Assembly (NCBI GenBank): GCA_945865695.1
Contig: CAMBFX010000001.1
Location: forward strand, 3,660 to 67,659
Direction of reading: 5' to 3'
DNA length: 64,000 bases
Origin: Chryseobacterium gleum
Lineage (GTDB): Bacteria; Bacteroidota; Bacteroidia; Flavobacteriales_D; UBA2798
Of this stretch, positions 10,011-22,020 are shown in pieces. The position numbers and the translations under genes are program-made. Position 1 is the first letter of the stretch. Each line of letters begins with the position of its first letter. The notes under the pieces are model-generated. The model was not told the origin of the DNA, did not search any database, and was given only the letters and a program-made list of their open reading frames with translations.

Positions 10011-12472
10011 TATTTCATTTTCTTTTTAGTCACTTTTTTAGTTACTGCCTTTGCCACAGGTTTTTTAGCTGCTGCTTTTTTAACAACGGTTTTAGTTTTT
10101 GCTATACTAACTGTTTTTTTTGTAGTTGTTTTCTTGACAGTGCCTTTTTTAGCTGCTCCTTTTTTCACTGTCTCACCTTTATCTTTCGATTGACTTTTTA
10201 CCAATTGCATTACTTCGTCATAAGAAAGTTTAGCTGCATCAGCATCTTTTGGAATACGAACATTTAATTTTCCAGCTTTAATAAAGGCACCCCAACGGCC
10301 TTTGAGTACAACCACATTTTTATTTTCAGGGAAAGCTTTAATTATTTTATCCTTATCCGCTTGTTTCTTTGCAATTAGTAATTCTGTTGCACGTTCCAAA
10401 GTAACAGTCATTGGATCATCACCTAAATCTTTTTTGAGAGAAGCGAATGTTCCATCATGCGCAACATAGGGGCCGAAACGGCCGGCATTTGCAACTACTT
10501 TTTTGCCATCAATTTCTCCTAAATCACGTGGCAATTTAAATAATTCCATTGCTTCCTCTAAGGTGATAGTAGAAATACTTTGTTCTTTTCTTAAAGAGGC
10601 ATAACGAGGTTTTTCTTTATCATCCTGCTCACCAATTTGAACCATTGGACCGAATCTACCAATACGTACAATTACTTTTCGTTTCGATACTGGATCTTTT
10701 CCGAGCGCTCTTTCTCCAGTGGCACGTTCACTTGTTTCTTGTGTTTTCTCAATATCTTTGTGGAATGGTTTGTAAAATTTACGAATCATTTCATTCCATT
10801 TTATCATTCCTTGCGCGATATCGTCAAATTCTTTTTCTACAGAAGCTGTAAAACCGAAATCCAAAATATCTTCGAAATATTGAACCAAGAAATCATTAAC
10901 CACTTCACCAATATCTGTAGGGAATAATTTATTTTTTTCGGCACCTGTATTTTCTGTTGCAATTTTCTCAGTGATTTTTGCATTCTTCAACTCCAGAACA
11001 TCATAATCACGTTTTATTCCTTCCCGTTCTTCTTTGAGTACGTAACCTCTTTTTTGCACAGTTGAAATTGTTGGCGCATATGTAGAAGGTCTACCAATAC
11101 CTAGTTCTTCTAATTTCTTAACCAAACTTGCTTCGGTATATCTAGCAGGATGATGAGTAAATCTTTGGGTACCTGTAATTAAATTAGCAAGAAGTTTTTC
11201 TCCTTTTTTCATTGGAGGAAGCATTCCTTCTTTTTCATCATCATTATTTTCATCATCAGAACCTTCGAGATAAACTTTCAAGAATCCGTCAAATTTCAAT
11301 ACTTCACCTTGAGCAACAAATTCTTCTTTACGAGTAGAAATACCTATAGTCGCTGTTGTTTTTTCTAAAAGAGCATCAGCCATTTGAGAGGCGATTGTTC
11401 TTTTCCAAATCAAATCATATAATTTTTGTTCAGAAGGATCACTTCCTGCCTCATGACGATTCATGTAAGTTGGACGAATGGCCTCATGTGCCTCTTGCGC
11501 ACCTTTGGATTTTGTCACATATTTTTTTGGATTTGCATATTTTGCTCCATAAAACGAAACAATTTCATCTTTAGCAGCAACCATTGCTGAATCAGATAAA
11601 TTTACCGAGTCAGTTCTCATATAAGTGATATGTCCTGCTTCGTATAATTTTTGAGCTACGCTCATTGTTCTTGCCACAGAAAATCCAATTTTACGAGAAG
11701 CCTCTTGCTGTAAGGTAGAAGTTGTGAATGGCGCGGCTGGAGATTTTTTTGCAGGTTTAGTTACTAATTCATCTATGATAAAATTAGCAGCTTTACATTT
11801 ATCTAGAAATGCTAATGCATCCTTTTTATTGTCAAATCTTTTATTTAATTCGGCTTTAACAATATCCTTTTTGTTTACCACAAATTCAGCCACGAATCTA
11901 TAATATGTTTCGCTTTTAAAATTTCTGATATCGCGTTCACGTTCAACGATAATTCTAACTGCTACAGATTGCACACGTCCTGCAGAGAGAGATGGTCGGA
12001 TTTTTTTCCATAACAATGGGGACAACTCGAATCCCACTAAACGGTCTAAAACACGTCTAGCTTGTTGCGCATCTACTAAATTTTTATCAATGGTGCGAGG
12101 ATTATCAATTGCTTTTAAGATAGCTGTTTTAGTAATCTCATTAAAGGTAATTCTTTTTGTTCTTTTATCTGAAAGTTCAAGCGTTTCTTTAAGGTGCCAG
12201 GAAATAGCTTCCCCCTCACGGTCCTCATCCGTTGCTAACCAAACCATCTCGGCATCCTTACAAAGCTTTTTCAGCTCTGCAACTACTTTTTTCTTATCCT
12301 CAGAGACTTCATAAGTTGGTTTAAAACCATTATCTATATCAATAGAAATTCCACTTTTTGCCAGATCTCTCACGTGACCATAACTAGATTTAACAGTAAA
12401 ATTTTTACCAAGAAAACCTTCGATGGTTTTTGCCTTTGCAGGTGACTCAACGATTACCAGATTTTTAGCCAT
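10010..12472 (-). CDS. topA: DNA topoisomerase I
   Basis: Toprim N-terminus MAKNLVIVESPAKAKTIEGFLG, DEDREGEAISWH, and the catalytic-Tyr region ITYMRTDS. Lys/Ala-rich basic C-terminal tail. Start placed at the ATG at 12470-12472. Confidence 0.95.
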   Translation of the reverse strand: MAKNLVIVESPAKAKTIEGFLGKNFTVKSSYGHVRDLAKSGISIDIDNGFKPTYEVSEDKKKVVAELKKLCKDAEMVWLATDEDREGEAISWHLKETLELSDKRTKRITFNEITKTAILKAIDNPRTIDKNLVDAQQARRVLDRLVGFELSPLLWKKIRPSLSAGRVQSVAVRIIVERERDIRNFKSETYYRFVAEFVVNKKDIVKAELNKRFDNKKDALAFLDKCKAANFIIDELVTKPAKKSPAAPFTTSTLQQEASRKIGFSVARTMSVAQKLYEAGHITYMRTDSVNLSDSAMVAAKDEIVSFYGAKYANPKKYVTKSKGAQEAHEAIRPTYMNRHEAGSDPSEQKLYDLIWKRTIASQMADALLEKTTATIGISTRKEEFVAQGEVLKFDGFLKVYLEGSDDENNDDEKEGMLPPMKKGEKLLANLITGTQRFTHHPARYTEASLVKKLEELGIGRPSTYAPTISTVQKRGYVLKEEREGIKRDYDVLELKNAKITEKIATENTGAEKNKLFPTDIGEVVNDFLVQYFEDILDFGFTASVEKEFDDIAQGMIKWNEMIRKFYKPFHKDIEKTQETSERATGERALGKDPVSKRKVIVRIGRFGPMVQIGEQDDKEKPRYASLRKEQSISTITLEEAMELFKLPRDLGEIDGKKVVANAGRFGPYVAHDGTFASLKKDLGDDPMTVTLERATELLIAKKQADKDKIIKAFPENKNVVVLKGRWGAFIKAGKLNVRIPKDADAAKLSYDEVMQLVKSQSKDKGETVKKGAAKKGTVKKTTTKKTVSIAKTKTVVKKAAAKKPVAKAVTKKVTKKKMK

Positions 12473-12632
12473 ATTAAAGATCATAATGCTGATTTTAGGG
12501 GGTAAGATTTTTCAGCAACAAGGCTGCAAAGAAAATTATTTAACTGTTTGAAACGAAATTTTTTACACTAATGAATTTTTAACACTACGTTAAATTACTA
12601 TAAATCAACAATAAAATAGATTTTAGTGTCAT

Positions 12633-12662
12633 TTTGTCATCCACTTATTTTTGGTATCTTTG
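12633..12662 (+). promoter_or_regulatory. Candidate promoter of miaB
   Basis: TTTG (12633-12636), an 18-nt spacer, then TATCTTTG (12655-12662). The box lies inside the ORF-track N-terminal extension, which favours the ATG at 12684 as the start. Confidence 0.5.
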
Positions 12663-12683
12663 TTGTCATATGACGGAAATAAT

Positions 12684-14120
12684 ATGGAAAACAGCAACAT
12701 TATCAAGGAGATAGACGAAAAAAGACAAGGTGAGGCCTTGGTTTTGGAGACAAATAATGGTCAAATTAAAACCAAAAAGCTTTATCTAGAAAGCTATGGA
12801 TGTCAGATGAATTTTTCTGATAGTGAGATAGTTGCATCGATACTTTCGAATGAAGGATATAGTACCACTAGAGATTTTGAAAACGCTGATTTAATCCTTT
12901 TAAATACGTGTGCGATCCGGGATAACGCAGAACTCAGGGTTCGAAATAAGTTGCGTCAATTTCATGTTTTGAAGCGAAAAAAACCAGGATTAATTGTTGG
13001 TTTATTGGGTTGCATGGCTGAACGTTTAAAATCACAATTATTAGAACAAGAAAAATTAGTGGATTTGGTGGTTGGACCTGACGCTTATCGTGATTTACCT
13101 AATTTGATTGAAGCGGTTGAGAATGGAGGAAGAGCGGTGAATGTATTATTATCAAGAGAAGAAACCTATGCAGATATAAATCCGATTCGTTTAGATACGA
13201 ATGGAGTTTCGGCTTTTATTTCAATTACACGTGGATGTGATAATATGTGTTCGTTTTGTGTAGTTCCATTTACAAGAGGAAGAGAACGAAGTAGAGATCC
13301 AGAAACTATTATTCATGAAGCAAAATATTTATTTGATAATGGATATAGAGAAGTTACTTTATTAGGCCAAAATGTTGATTCGTATAAATGGAATATGAAC
13401 GGAAGTGGCGAGATTCTAGATCCTGAAAAAACAACTTGCAATTTTGCTCAATTATTGGAAAAAGTGGCCCTTGTTACTCCTGAATTAAGAGTAAGATTTT
13501 CTACTTCACATCCAAAAGATATGACAGATGATGTTTTAGAAATCATGGCGAAGTATGAAAATATTTGTGATTATGTTCACTTACCTGTTCAGTCGGGAAA
13601 TAGTGATATTTTAGAAAAAATGAATCGTGGCTATACGAGAGAATGGTATTTAGATAGAATTGCTGCCATCAGAAGAATTATTCCAGGATGTGGAGTTTCC
13701 ACTGATATTATTACTGGATTTTGTACAGAAACAGATGATCAATTTGCCGATACAGTTAGTTTGATGAATGAAGTGGTATTTGATTTTGCCTATATGTTCA
13801 AATATTCTGAAAGACCTAAAACATTGGCAGAACGAAAATATAAAGATGATATTCCAGAGGAGAAAAAAGCGGCAAGATTAGATCAAATTATTAAACTACA
13901 ACAAGAACATTCACATGAAAACAATAAAAAGATGGTTGGTAACATATGTAAAGTGTTAGTTGAGGGTGTTTCAAAAAAGTCAGAATTAAATCTTTTTGGA
14001 AGAAATTCTCAAAATGCAGTAGTAGTTTTTCCACGTGGCGAACATAAGAAAGGTGATTATGTGCATGTATTAATTGAAGACTGTTCACCTGCAACATTAA
14101 GAGGAAAAGTAGTGTCATGA
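12684..14120 (+). CDS. miaB: tRNA-i6A37 methylthiotransferase MiaB (radical SAM)
   Basis: UPF0004 N-domain ([10 protein letters not shown]), radical [14 protein letters not shown] motif and a TRAM C-terminus. Confidence 0.9.
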   Translation: MENSNIIKEIDEKRQGEALVLETNNGQIKTKKLYLESYGCQMNFSDSEIVASILSNEGYSTTRDFENADLILLNTCAIRDNAELRVRNKLRQFHVLKRKKPGLIVGLLGCMAERLKSQLLEQEKLVDLVVGPDAYRDLPNLIEAVENGGRAVNVLLSREETYADINPIRLDTNGVSAFISITRGCDNMCSFCVVPFTRGRERSRDPETIIHEAKYLFDNGYREVTLLGQNVDSYKWNMNGSGEILDPEKTTCNFAQLLEKVALVTPELRVRFSTSHPKDMTDDVLEIMAKYENICDYVHLPVQSGNSDILEKMNRGYTREWYLDRIAAIRRIIPGCGVSTDIITGFCTETDDQFADTVSLMNEVVFDFAYMFKYSERPKTLAERKYKDDIPEEKKAARLDQIIKLQQEHSHENNKKMVGNICKVLVEGVSKKSELNLFGRNSQNAVVVFPRGEHKKGDYVHVLIEDCSPATLRGKVVS

Positions 14121-15388
14121 ATGAGAAAATAAATATTCAGCAATTAAAATTGCGATTTGGGATAATTGGAAACTCTCCTTCGTTGAACCGTGCGATTGAA
14201 ATTGCTGCTCAAGTTGCTTCTACAGATTTAACCGTTTTAGTTACAGGAGAAAGTGGAACAGGAAAAGAAATTATGCCTCAGATTATTCATAATTTGAGTT
14301 CGAGAAAACATGGAAGTTATATTGCAGTCAATTGTGGTGCGATTCCTGAAGGAACCATAGATTCGGAATTATTTGGTCATGAAAAAGGATCATTTACAGG
14401 TGCACACGAAAGTAGAAAAGGATATTTTGAGGTTGCCAATGGCGGAACAATATTTTTGGATGAAGTTGCTGAATTACCTATTGCGACGCAAGCAAGATTA
14501 TTGCGTGTTCTAGAATCAGGTGAATTTATTAAAGTAGGCTCATCTAAAATTATAAAAACAGATGTAAGAATTATCGCTGCCACCAATGTAAATATACCTG
14601 AGGCGATTCGTAGAGGGAAATTCAGAGAAGATTTATATTATCGACTTAACACAGTTCCTATATCGATTCCTTCATTGCGATTACGTCAAGACGACATTCA
14701 TTTATTATTTAGAAAATTTGCTGCTGATTTTGCAGATAAGTATAGAATGCCTGCTATCAAATTAACTGAAGATGCCGTTCATTTATTGATGACTTATTCT
14801 TGGCCAGGAAATATTCGACAATTAAAAAATATTACCGAACAAATTTCGGTGATTGAAAGTGAAAGAGATATTACTGCCTCGCATTTAATTCAGTATATTC
14901 CTCAAGAAACAGGGAATACATCCCCCGTTTTTATAGGTCAAAAAGATGGAAATGATTTTAACGAGAGAGAAATTCTTTATAAAGTTTTATTTGAAATGCG
15001 TAATGAAATAAATGATTTAAAAACTATCATTTATCAAATCATGCAAGGTGGTGAAAATAATTTAAAGACAGAGAATCTAGCGGCTGCACAAAGATTGTTC
15101 ACTCAAAAGGAAACTACGCACGTTCCGAGTGTAATTTCTAAAGGAGAAATGCAACCGAATAACGTGGCATCATCCTTTAATCCAGTTTACAATCCAAGTG
15201 TTTATCATGAAGAGGAAATGCCAGAACATGTGGAGGTTGAAGAGACCTTATCACTGGAAGATAAAGAAGTAGAAATGATTCGCAAAGCATTGAAAAAACA
15301 TCGAAACAAAAGAAAATATGCAGCTCAGGAATTAGGCATTTCTGAAAGAACATTATATCGAAAAATTAAGGAATATCGATTAGAATAA
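14117..15388 (+). CDS. Sigma-54-dependent transcriptional activator (AAA+ plus Fis-type HTH, no N-terminal sensory domain)
   Basis: Walker A GESGTGKE, a GAFTGA-variant loop (EKGSFTGA), and C-terminal [22 protein letters not shown]. The AAA+ domain begins about 15 residues from the N-terminus. ATGA overlap with the miaB stop. Confidence 0.85.
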   Translation: MNEKINIQQLKLRFGIIGNSPSLNRAIEIAAQVASTDLTVLVTGESGTGKEIMPQIIHNLSSRKHGSYIAVNCGAIPEGTIDSELFGHEKGSFTGAHESRKGYFEVANGGTIFLDEVAELPIATQARLLRVLESGEFIKVGSSKIIKTDVRIIAATNVNIPEAIRRGKFREDLYYRLNTVPISIPSLRLRQDDIHLLFRKFAADFADKYRMPAIKLTEDAVHLLMTYSWPGNIRQLKNITEQISVIESERDITASHLIQYIPQETGNTSPVFIGQKDGNDFNEREILYKVLFEMRNEINDLKTIIYQIMQGGENNLKTENLAAAQRLFTQKETTHVPSVISKGEMQPNNVASSFNPVYNPSVYHEEEMPEHVEVEETLSLEDKEVEMIRKALKKHRNKRKYAAQELGISERTLYRKIKEYRLE

Positions 15389-15390
15389 GA

Positions 15391-15894
15391 ATGAAATTAT
15401 TTCTTTACATAGTAGGATTTATTTTTCTTTCATCTTTTGGATGCAAGATGAATTATTCAATGACAGGTGCAGATATTGAACCCAATGTTCAATCAGTTTC
15501 TGTTGCCTTTTTTATGAATAATGCCGCTTTAGCTCATCCAAATACCGGGCAATTATTTACCGAATCATTAAAAGACATTATGATGAATCAAACTCGGTTA
15601 CAATTAGTAGTGAACAAGGGAGATTTACAATATGAAGGAAGTATTACTGGATATGAAGTGCGCCCAGTTGCTATCACAGGATCAGAAACAGCTTCTGTAA
15701 ATAGATTAACCATCACCGTTCAAGTAAAATATACTAATACAAAAAACGAAAAGAAAAATTTTGAAAATTCATTTACACGTTTCGCAGATTTTGAAAGCAC
15801 ACAACAATTATCTTCTATTGAAGAAAATTTAATACAGCAAATCAATGATCAGTTGGTACAAGATATTTTTGACAAATCATTAAGTAATTGGTAA
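15391..15894 (+). CDS. Small lipoprotein, LptE-like
   Basis: Lipobox LSSFGC. Size and position (between the sigma-54 activator and secG/groES) match the arrangement I recall for Flavobacteriia. The sequence itself gives no strong motif. Confidence 0.5.
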   Translation: MKLFLYIVGFIFLSSFGCKMNYSMTGADIEPNVQSVSVAFFMNNAALAHPNTGQLFTESLKDIMMNQTRLQLVVNKGDLQYEGSITGYEVRPVAITGSETASVNRLTITVQVKYTNTKNEKKNFENSFTRFADFESTQQLSSIEENLIQQINDQLVQDIFDKSLSNW

Positions 15895-17126
15895 TGACAA
15901 GAGGAGAATTAACCAAATTATTGCATCAACCACATTTGATTGATGAAAATGAAATAGCATCATTAGATCGCTTGATTTCACGATATCCTTATTGCCAAAC
16001 ATTTCATATTTTAAAAACCAAAGGAATGCACAATGTGCAAAGTTTGGGGTATATGGACCAATTAAAATTAACAGCTATTACAGTTTCTGATCGCAAGAAT
16101 TTGTATGAATTGATTATGCGACAATCCCTTCTGAAGCAAATTGAAGAGGTAGAAAAAACTTCAGATAAAATTTCAGTTTTACCATTTAAGAATGAAGTTA
16201 CAGAAATCATTCCTGAAATAAAAGTTCCTGTAGAAGAACCTAGGAAACAAAATGAAATTATAGAGGAACAACCAATTCTTCAAGCTCCGGAACCGAAAGA
16301 AATGGTGGAAGAGAAAAAAACGGTTTCATTAACAGAAGAAATAAAAGAGAAAGTAAAATTCGAAACTTATTTTGTTCCCAAAACGCCCATTTATCTTCAA
16401 GAAGAGAAAAAGGAAAGTGATACTGAAATGGATACAACTTCGAATGTTTCGAAAACAGTTCCATTGGAAGAAATGAAGTTTACTATAAAATCTGAAAAGT
16501 CAATAGTTCCAGAAAAAATAAATATTGAAGAAGAAAAGAAATCGATTAGTGAATCAAAAAAGATTTCAGGATTAGAACAGGAAATTTTATACGAAGCAAT
16601 AAATAAAAGCATTCAAAATGAAGTTTGGAATGATATAGTTGAAGAAAATCCGAATATAACTGAACATCGAGAAGAAGTGAAGTTATTTTCTACAAATGAT
16701 GATCAGCCGAAAGATTTTTACAGTTGGTTACATTTAAATGATACGGTGAAAAAGGAGGCAAAAATTACTCCTTCAACATCAACGGAAATCGAAGAAAAAG
16801 AACATCCATCGGTTATTCCAACTGGACAAGTAAAGAATTTAGATGACTTAATTGATAAATTCATTCGTAGCGACCCTAGAATTCCCCCATCAAAAGCAGA
16901 GTTTTACTCACCTACTAATATTGCTGCGTTGAGTATTGTTGACCAAGAAGACTTTGTATCTGAGACACTTGCAAAAATCTATGAAAAACAAGGCTATTTC
17001 GATAAAGCCATAAAGGTCTATCAAAAATTAAGTTTGAAATTTCCCAAAAAAAACAGTTACTTTGCATCCCTTGTTGAAAAAACGGAACTTCGAAAGGCGA
17101 TAGAAAAACAGAAAAAACAAAAATAA
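15888..17126 (+). CDS. Hypothetical protein, E/K-rich middle, TPR-like C-terminus
   Basis: Long ORF overlapping the preceding stop. C-terminal LAKIYEKQGYFDKAIKVYQKLSLKFP resembles a TPR unit. Confidence 0.6.
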   Translation: MVMTRGELTKLLHQPHLIDENEIASLDRLISRYPYCQTFHILKTKGMHNVQSLGYMDQLKLTAITVSDRKNLYELIMRQSLLKQIEEVEKTSDKISVLPFKNEVTEIIPEIKVPVEEPRKQNEIIEEQPILQAPEPKEMVEEKKTVSLTEEIKEKVKFETYFVPKTPIYLQEEKKESDTEMDTTSNVSKTVPLEEMKFTIKSEKSIVPEKINIEEEKKSISESKKISGLEQEILYEAINKSIQNEVWNDIVEENPNITEHREEVKLFSTNDDQPKDFYSWLHLNDTVKKEAKITPSTSTEIEEKEHPSVIPTGQVKNLDDLIDKFIRSDPRIPPSKAEFYSPTNIAALSIVDQEDFVSETLAKIYEKQGYFDKAIKVYQKLSLKFPKKNSYFASLVEKTELRKAIEKQKKQK

Positions 17127-17127
17127 T

Positions 17128-17463
17128 ATGGCAGCGGTTGTATCAATTTTAATCATTTTAGTAAGTATTCTCATCATAGGAATAGTAGTTATTCAAAATC
17201 CAAAAGGTGGTGGAGTTTCTTCAGGTTTTGGTTCGGTGAATCAAATTGCAGGTGTAAAACAAATGACCGAAGGAGTGGAAAGAATTACATGGATTTTGGC
17301 GGTAGTTTTATTCGTTTTATGCTTAGCATCTGCTTACATTTTAGGAGGCTCTAATGGTTCAGCTAAAAACGATGTAACCTACAATGAAGAAAATCCTGAA
17401 ACTAGTATTCAAACAGAAGGTATCGAATCTACTGGTACAGGTGTTCCTCCTGTAGGTAAATAA
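17128..17463 (+). CDS. secG: Preprotein translocase subunit SecG
   Basis: Two TM helices with IQNPKGGGVSSGFG between them, which is the SecG signature loop. Confidence 0.8.
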   Translation: MAAVVSILIILVSILIIGIVVIQNPKGGGVSSGFGSVNQIAGVKQMTEGVERITWILAVVLFVLCLASAYILGGSNGSAKNDVTYNEENPETSIQTEGIESTGTGVPPVGK

Positions 17464-17484
17464 TTTTGAAAATAAAATTTATAA

Positions 17485-17518
17485 AATGTCTTTGCTCAGC
17501 AAGGACATTTTTTATTTT
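17485..17518 (+). terminator. Intrinsic terminator after secG
   Basis: AATGTCTTTGC-TCA-GCAAGGACATT forms an 11-bp stem with one G-U pair, followed by TTTTTATTTT. Confidence 0.7.
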
Positions 17519-17586
17519 CTTTCGATACAAATATGCTTGCACAATATAGACTCAAGCAACAATATAAAAAAACAAAAAAACAAAAT

Positions 17587-17862
17587 ATGGCAACTAATGT
17601 TACACCCATCGCAGACAGAGTTTTAGTTGAGGCTGATGCCGCAGAAACAAAAACAGCTTCAGGAATCATCATTCCAGATACAGCAAAGGAAAAACCTCAA
17701 AGAGGAACTATCATTGCAGTTGGAACCGGAAAAAAAGATGAACCAATGACGGTAAAAAAAGGAGATAAGATTCTTTACGGAAAATATTCTGGAACGGAAG
17801 TTTCTATTGACGGAAAAGATTATTTGATTATGAAAGAGAGTGATATTTACGCTATTATTTAA
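17587..17862 (+). CDS. groES: Co-chaperonin GroES
   Basis: [15 protein letters not shown]...[20 protein letters not shown]. Start placed at the ATG at 17587. The upstream 18 codons in the ORF track are not GroES-like. Confidence 0.95.
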   Translation: MATNVTPIADRVLVEADAAETKTASGIIIPDTAKEKPQRGTIIAVGTGKKDEPMTVKKGDKILYGKYSGTEVSIDGKDYLIMKESDIYAII

Positions 17863-17943
17863 TTAGTCAATGAGCGAATTACTCGTTACAGTTGTGAGAA
17901 AGTTAGCCAATAAGCCAATGAAATACAAAAATTCAAAATTTAA

Positions 17944-19614
<1,671 letters not shown>

Positions 19615-19635
19615 GAAAAACTAATATTATAGTGA

Positions 19636-19662
19636 ACCCTGACGGAAACGTTGGGGTTTTTT
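19636..19662 (+). terminator. Intrinsic terminator after groEL
   Basis: ACCCTGACG-GAAA-CGTTGGGGT forms a 9-bp stem with two G-U pairs and a GAAA loop, followed by TTTTT. Confidence 0.7.
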
Positions 19663-19779
19663 CTTGTTCAAAGTTTAAAGTTCAAAGTTTTTGAAAGATT
19701 AAAACTAATTTTTGTTAAGTATCTGTTAAAGTAAAATCATTAACTTGTTCCTTTATTAATTTTATATCAGAAATATTCT

Positions 19780-21150
19780 GTGAAAACAAAACTACTGCGA
19801 TCGTTGATTTTACTTGCTACGCTTTCTGTAGTTGGAATTATTATTGCTCAGATTTATGTGATTAATGCGAATTTAAACATCCAAAAAGATTATTTGAAAA
19901 TTCAATATGATCAATTAACGTTGGATAAAAAAAAATTCGAAGAACAGCAGAAAATTTTCAACGATCGAGTTACCATTGCTCTTTCTCATATCACAGAGAA
20001 GATATTGAATATTTATAATGATCCTTCACAGATTTATAATAACGTGAAGCAATTAGATACGAATTTCTTTGTTGTAAGAATTAATGACACGCTCCACCCT
20101 GCCCTTTTAGAACGATTATTAAAAAATGAATTTGATTTAAGTAATATCAAGGAAGATTTCCAGTATGCGATTTATGATTGTTTTGATAATTCAGTCGTAT
20201 TCGAAGGATTTGTTTCTTTCGATTCAACCAAGGTAAATGACAATGAAAAAAATCTGAGTGATGTGCAATGGGAACGAGATGGACATTATTTCAGCGTCTT
20301 CTTCCCGAACAAGCCCAAATTCAAGGAGCTGGTACATCCGATACAAATCGAATCTTCCCAGATTTGGTTTTACACCGTTATCATCATTGTTATCGTTTTC
20401 GTTTTTTTTGGTTACGCTGTTTGGGTGATTTTGAAACAAAAAAGATTATCTGATGTGAAAAATGATTTCATCAATAACATGACACATGAATTGAAAACTC
20501 CTATTTCAACAATTTCAATTTCAAGTGAAGTTTTATTGAAGCCTAATATAACTGATGATCCGGAAAGAGTGAATCAATATGCAAGAATTATTTATAATGA
20601 AAATAAAAGATTAGAAAATCAGGTGGAGCGAGTTTTACAATTAGCCACCTTAGATAAAGAGAAAATTGTTTTGAAGAAAACAATACTTGATATCCACGAA
20701 TTAATTTCACAAGCTGCAGAAAATTTCAAACCGGCCATTCAATCAGTGGGTGGAAAAATTGAATTGGAATTGAATGCAAAAGATTTTAACGTGGAAGGAG
20801 ATAAAGTTCATATTTCAAATATTATTAATAATCTTTTGGATAATGCTAGAAAATACTCTGAGCAAGCGCCAGAAATAATTATCAAAACCTCCAATGAGAA
20901 AAATGGAATTTGTATTTCAATAAAAGATAATGGAATTGGAATTTCAGCAGAGGCACAAAAACAAATTTTTGATAAATTTTATCGCGTTCCTACAGGTAAT
21001 GTGCATAATGTAAAAGGATTTGGTTTGGGATTGTATTATGTGAAATACATGCTGGAAGAGCATGGGGGAAGAGTGAGAGTGGAAAGTAGAGCGAGAATGG
21101 AGAATGAGAGCGAAAGTGGAACTACTTTTATAGTATACTTGCCATTTTGA
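19780..21150 (+). CDS. Sensor histidine kinase (two TM helices, periplasmic loop, HisKA, HATPase)
   Basis: GTG start. H-box NMTHELKTPIS. N, G1 and G2 boxes present (DNARKY, DNGIGI, GFGLGL). Confidence 0.85.
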   Translation: MKTKLLRSLILLATLSVVGIIIAQIYVINANLNIQKDYLKIQYDQLTLDKKKFEEQQKIFNDRVTIALSHITEKILNIYNDPSQIYNNVKQLDTNFFVVRINDTLHPALLERLLKNEFDLSNIKEDFQYAIYDCFDNSVVFEGFVSFDSTKVNDNEKNLSDVQWERDGHYFSVFFPNKPKFKELVHPIQIESSQIWFYTVIIIVIVFVFFGYAVWVILKQKRLSDVKNDFINNMTHELKTPISTISISSEVLLKPNITDDPERVNQYARIIYNENKRLENQVERVLQLATLDKEKIVLKKTILDIHELISQAAENFKPAIQSVGGKIELELNAKDFNVEGDKVHISNIINNLLDNARKYSEQAPEIIIKTSNEKNGICISIKDNGIGISAEAQKQIFDKFYRVPTGNVHNVKGFGLGLYYVKYMLEEHGGRVRVESRARMENESESGTTFIVYLPF

Positions 21151-21265
21151 CCCCTCTGTCCTGCGGACATCTCCCCTTGGAAAGGGGAGAATGAAGAGAA
21201 TTGGAGTAAGCTCCCTCTATCTCGAAGACTCGGCATCTCCCCTAGGATAAGGGTAGAATTGAAGT
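21151..21265 (+). repeat. Two tandem copies of a GC-rich hairpin repeat (about 50-55 nt units)
   Basis: Starts immediately after the kinase stop. Unit 1 is CCCCTCTGTCCTGCGGACATCTCCCCTTGGAAAGGGGAGAATGAAG (hairpin 21170-21190). Unit 2 is CTCCCTCTATCTCGAAGACTCGGCATCTCCCCTAGGATAAGGGTAGAATTGAAG. Related copies lie at 22021-22072 and 44488-44657. Confidence 0.8.
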
Positions 21266-21294
21266 AGTATAAAAAAATAACAGTAGTAGAATTT

Positions 21295-21984
21295 ATGATA
21301 ACAAAAGGAACGATATTATTAGTGGAAGATGATATGAATCTGGGATTCGTGATCCAGGATAATTTGAAGATGAATGGATATAAAGTTCATTTATGTTCGG
21401 ATGGGAAAATGGGATTGAAGCAATTCAATGAGGCAGAATATGACCTATGTATTTTGGATGTGATGTTGCCCCATAAAGATGGATTTACATTGGCAGAAGA
21501 TATTCGCAAGACGAATAAAAAAGTGCCCATTGTTTTTTTGACAGCGAAATCGATGACGCAAGACAAAATCAAAGGATTTAAAGCAGGTGGTGATGATTAT
21601 ATTACCAAACCATTCAGTACGGAAGAATTTTTATTGAGAATAGAAGCCATATTAAAACGTAGTAATAAATCCGAAGAGAAAAAAGCAGATACGAATTATC
21701 CTATTGGGAGTTATGAATTTGTAAGTGAAAATTTTATTTTGAAAAGAAACGATGCCGCACAAAAATTGACGAAAAAAGAAGCGGAAGTATTGAAATTATT
21801 ATGTCAGCATAAAGGAAATGTGTTGCCCCGCGAATTAGTTTTAAATATGGTTTGGGGTGACGACACTTATTTTAACGGAAGAAGTTTGGATGTTTTTATT
21901 ACGAGATTGAGAAAATATTTGAAGGATGATGAAAAGATTAAAATCACGAATGTGCATGGGGTGGGGTTTAAACTTGAAGATTAA
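21295..21984 (+). CDS. OmpR-family response regulator
   Basis: Receiver domain (LLVEDD...DVMLPHKDG...TAK) plus a winged-helix C-terminus (LTKKEAEVLKLL...RLRKYL...HGVGFKL). Confidence 0.9.
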   Translation: MITKGTILLVEDDMNLGFVIQDNLKMNGYKVHLCSDGKMGLKQFNEAEYDLCILDVMLPHKDGFTLAEDIRKTNKKVPIVFLTAKSMTQDKIKGFKAGGDDYITKPFSTEEFLLRIEAILKRSNKSEEKKADTNYPIGSYEFVSENFILKRNDAAQKLTKKEAEVLKLLCQHKGNVLPRELVLNMVWGDDTYFNGRSLDVFITRLRKYLKDDEKIKITNVHGVGFKLED

Positions 21985-22020
21985 AAACTGATTAGCGAAT
22001 GAATCAATTAGCGAATTAAA

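Noticed and set aside
17527-17567. Three ACAA(A)TAT(A/G) motifs and a near-match TATGCTTG box upstream of groES as a heat-shock operator or promoter
   Set aside because: It does not match CIRCE or any element I know. The motifs are short and AT-rich and the box deviates from TAnnTTTG, so the evidence is insufficient.
21036-21236. 66-aa ORF, together with 21841-22074 and 44478-44660
   Set aside because: They read through the GC-rich repeat units, where stop codons are rare because of local GC content. They overlap real genes or repeats and are not credible proteins.
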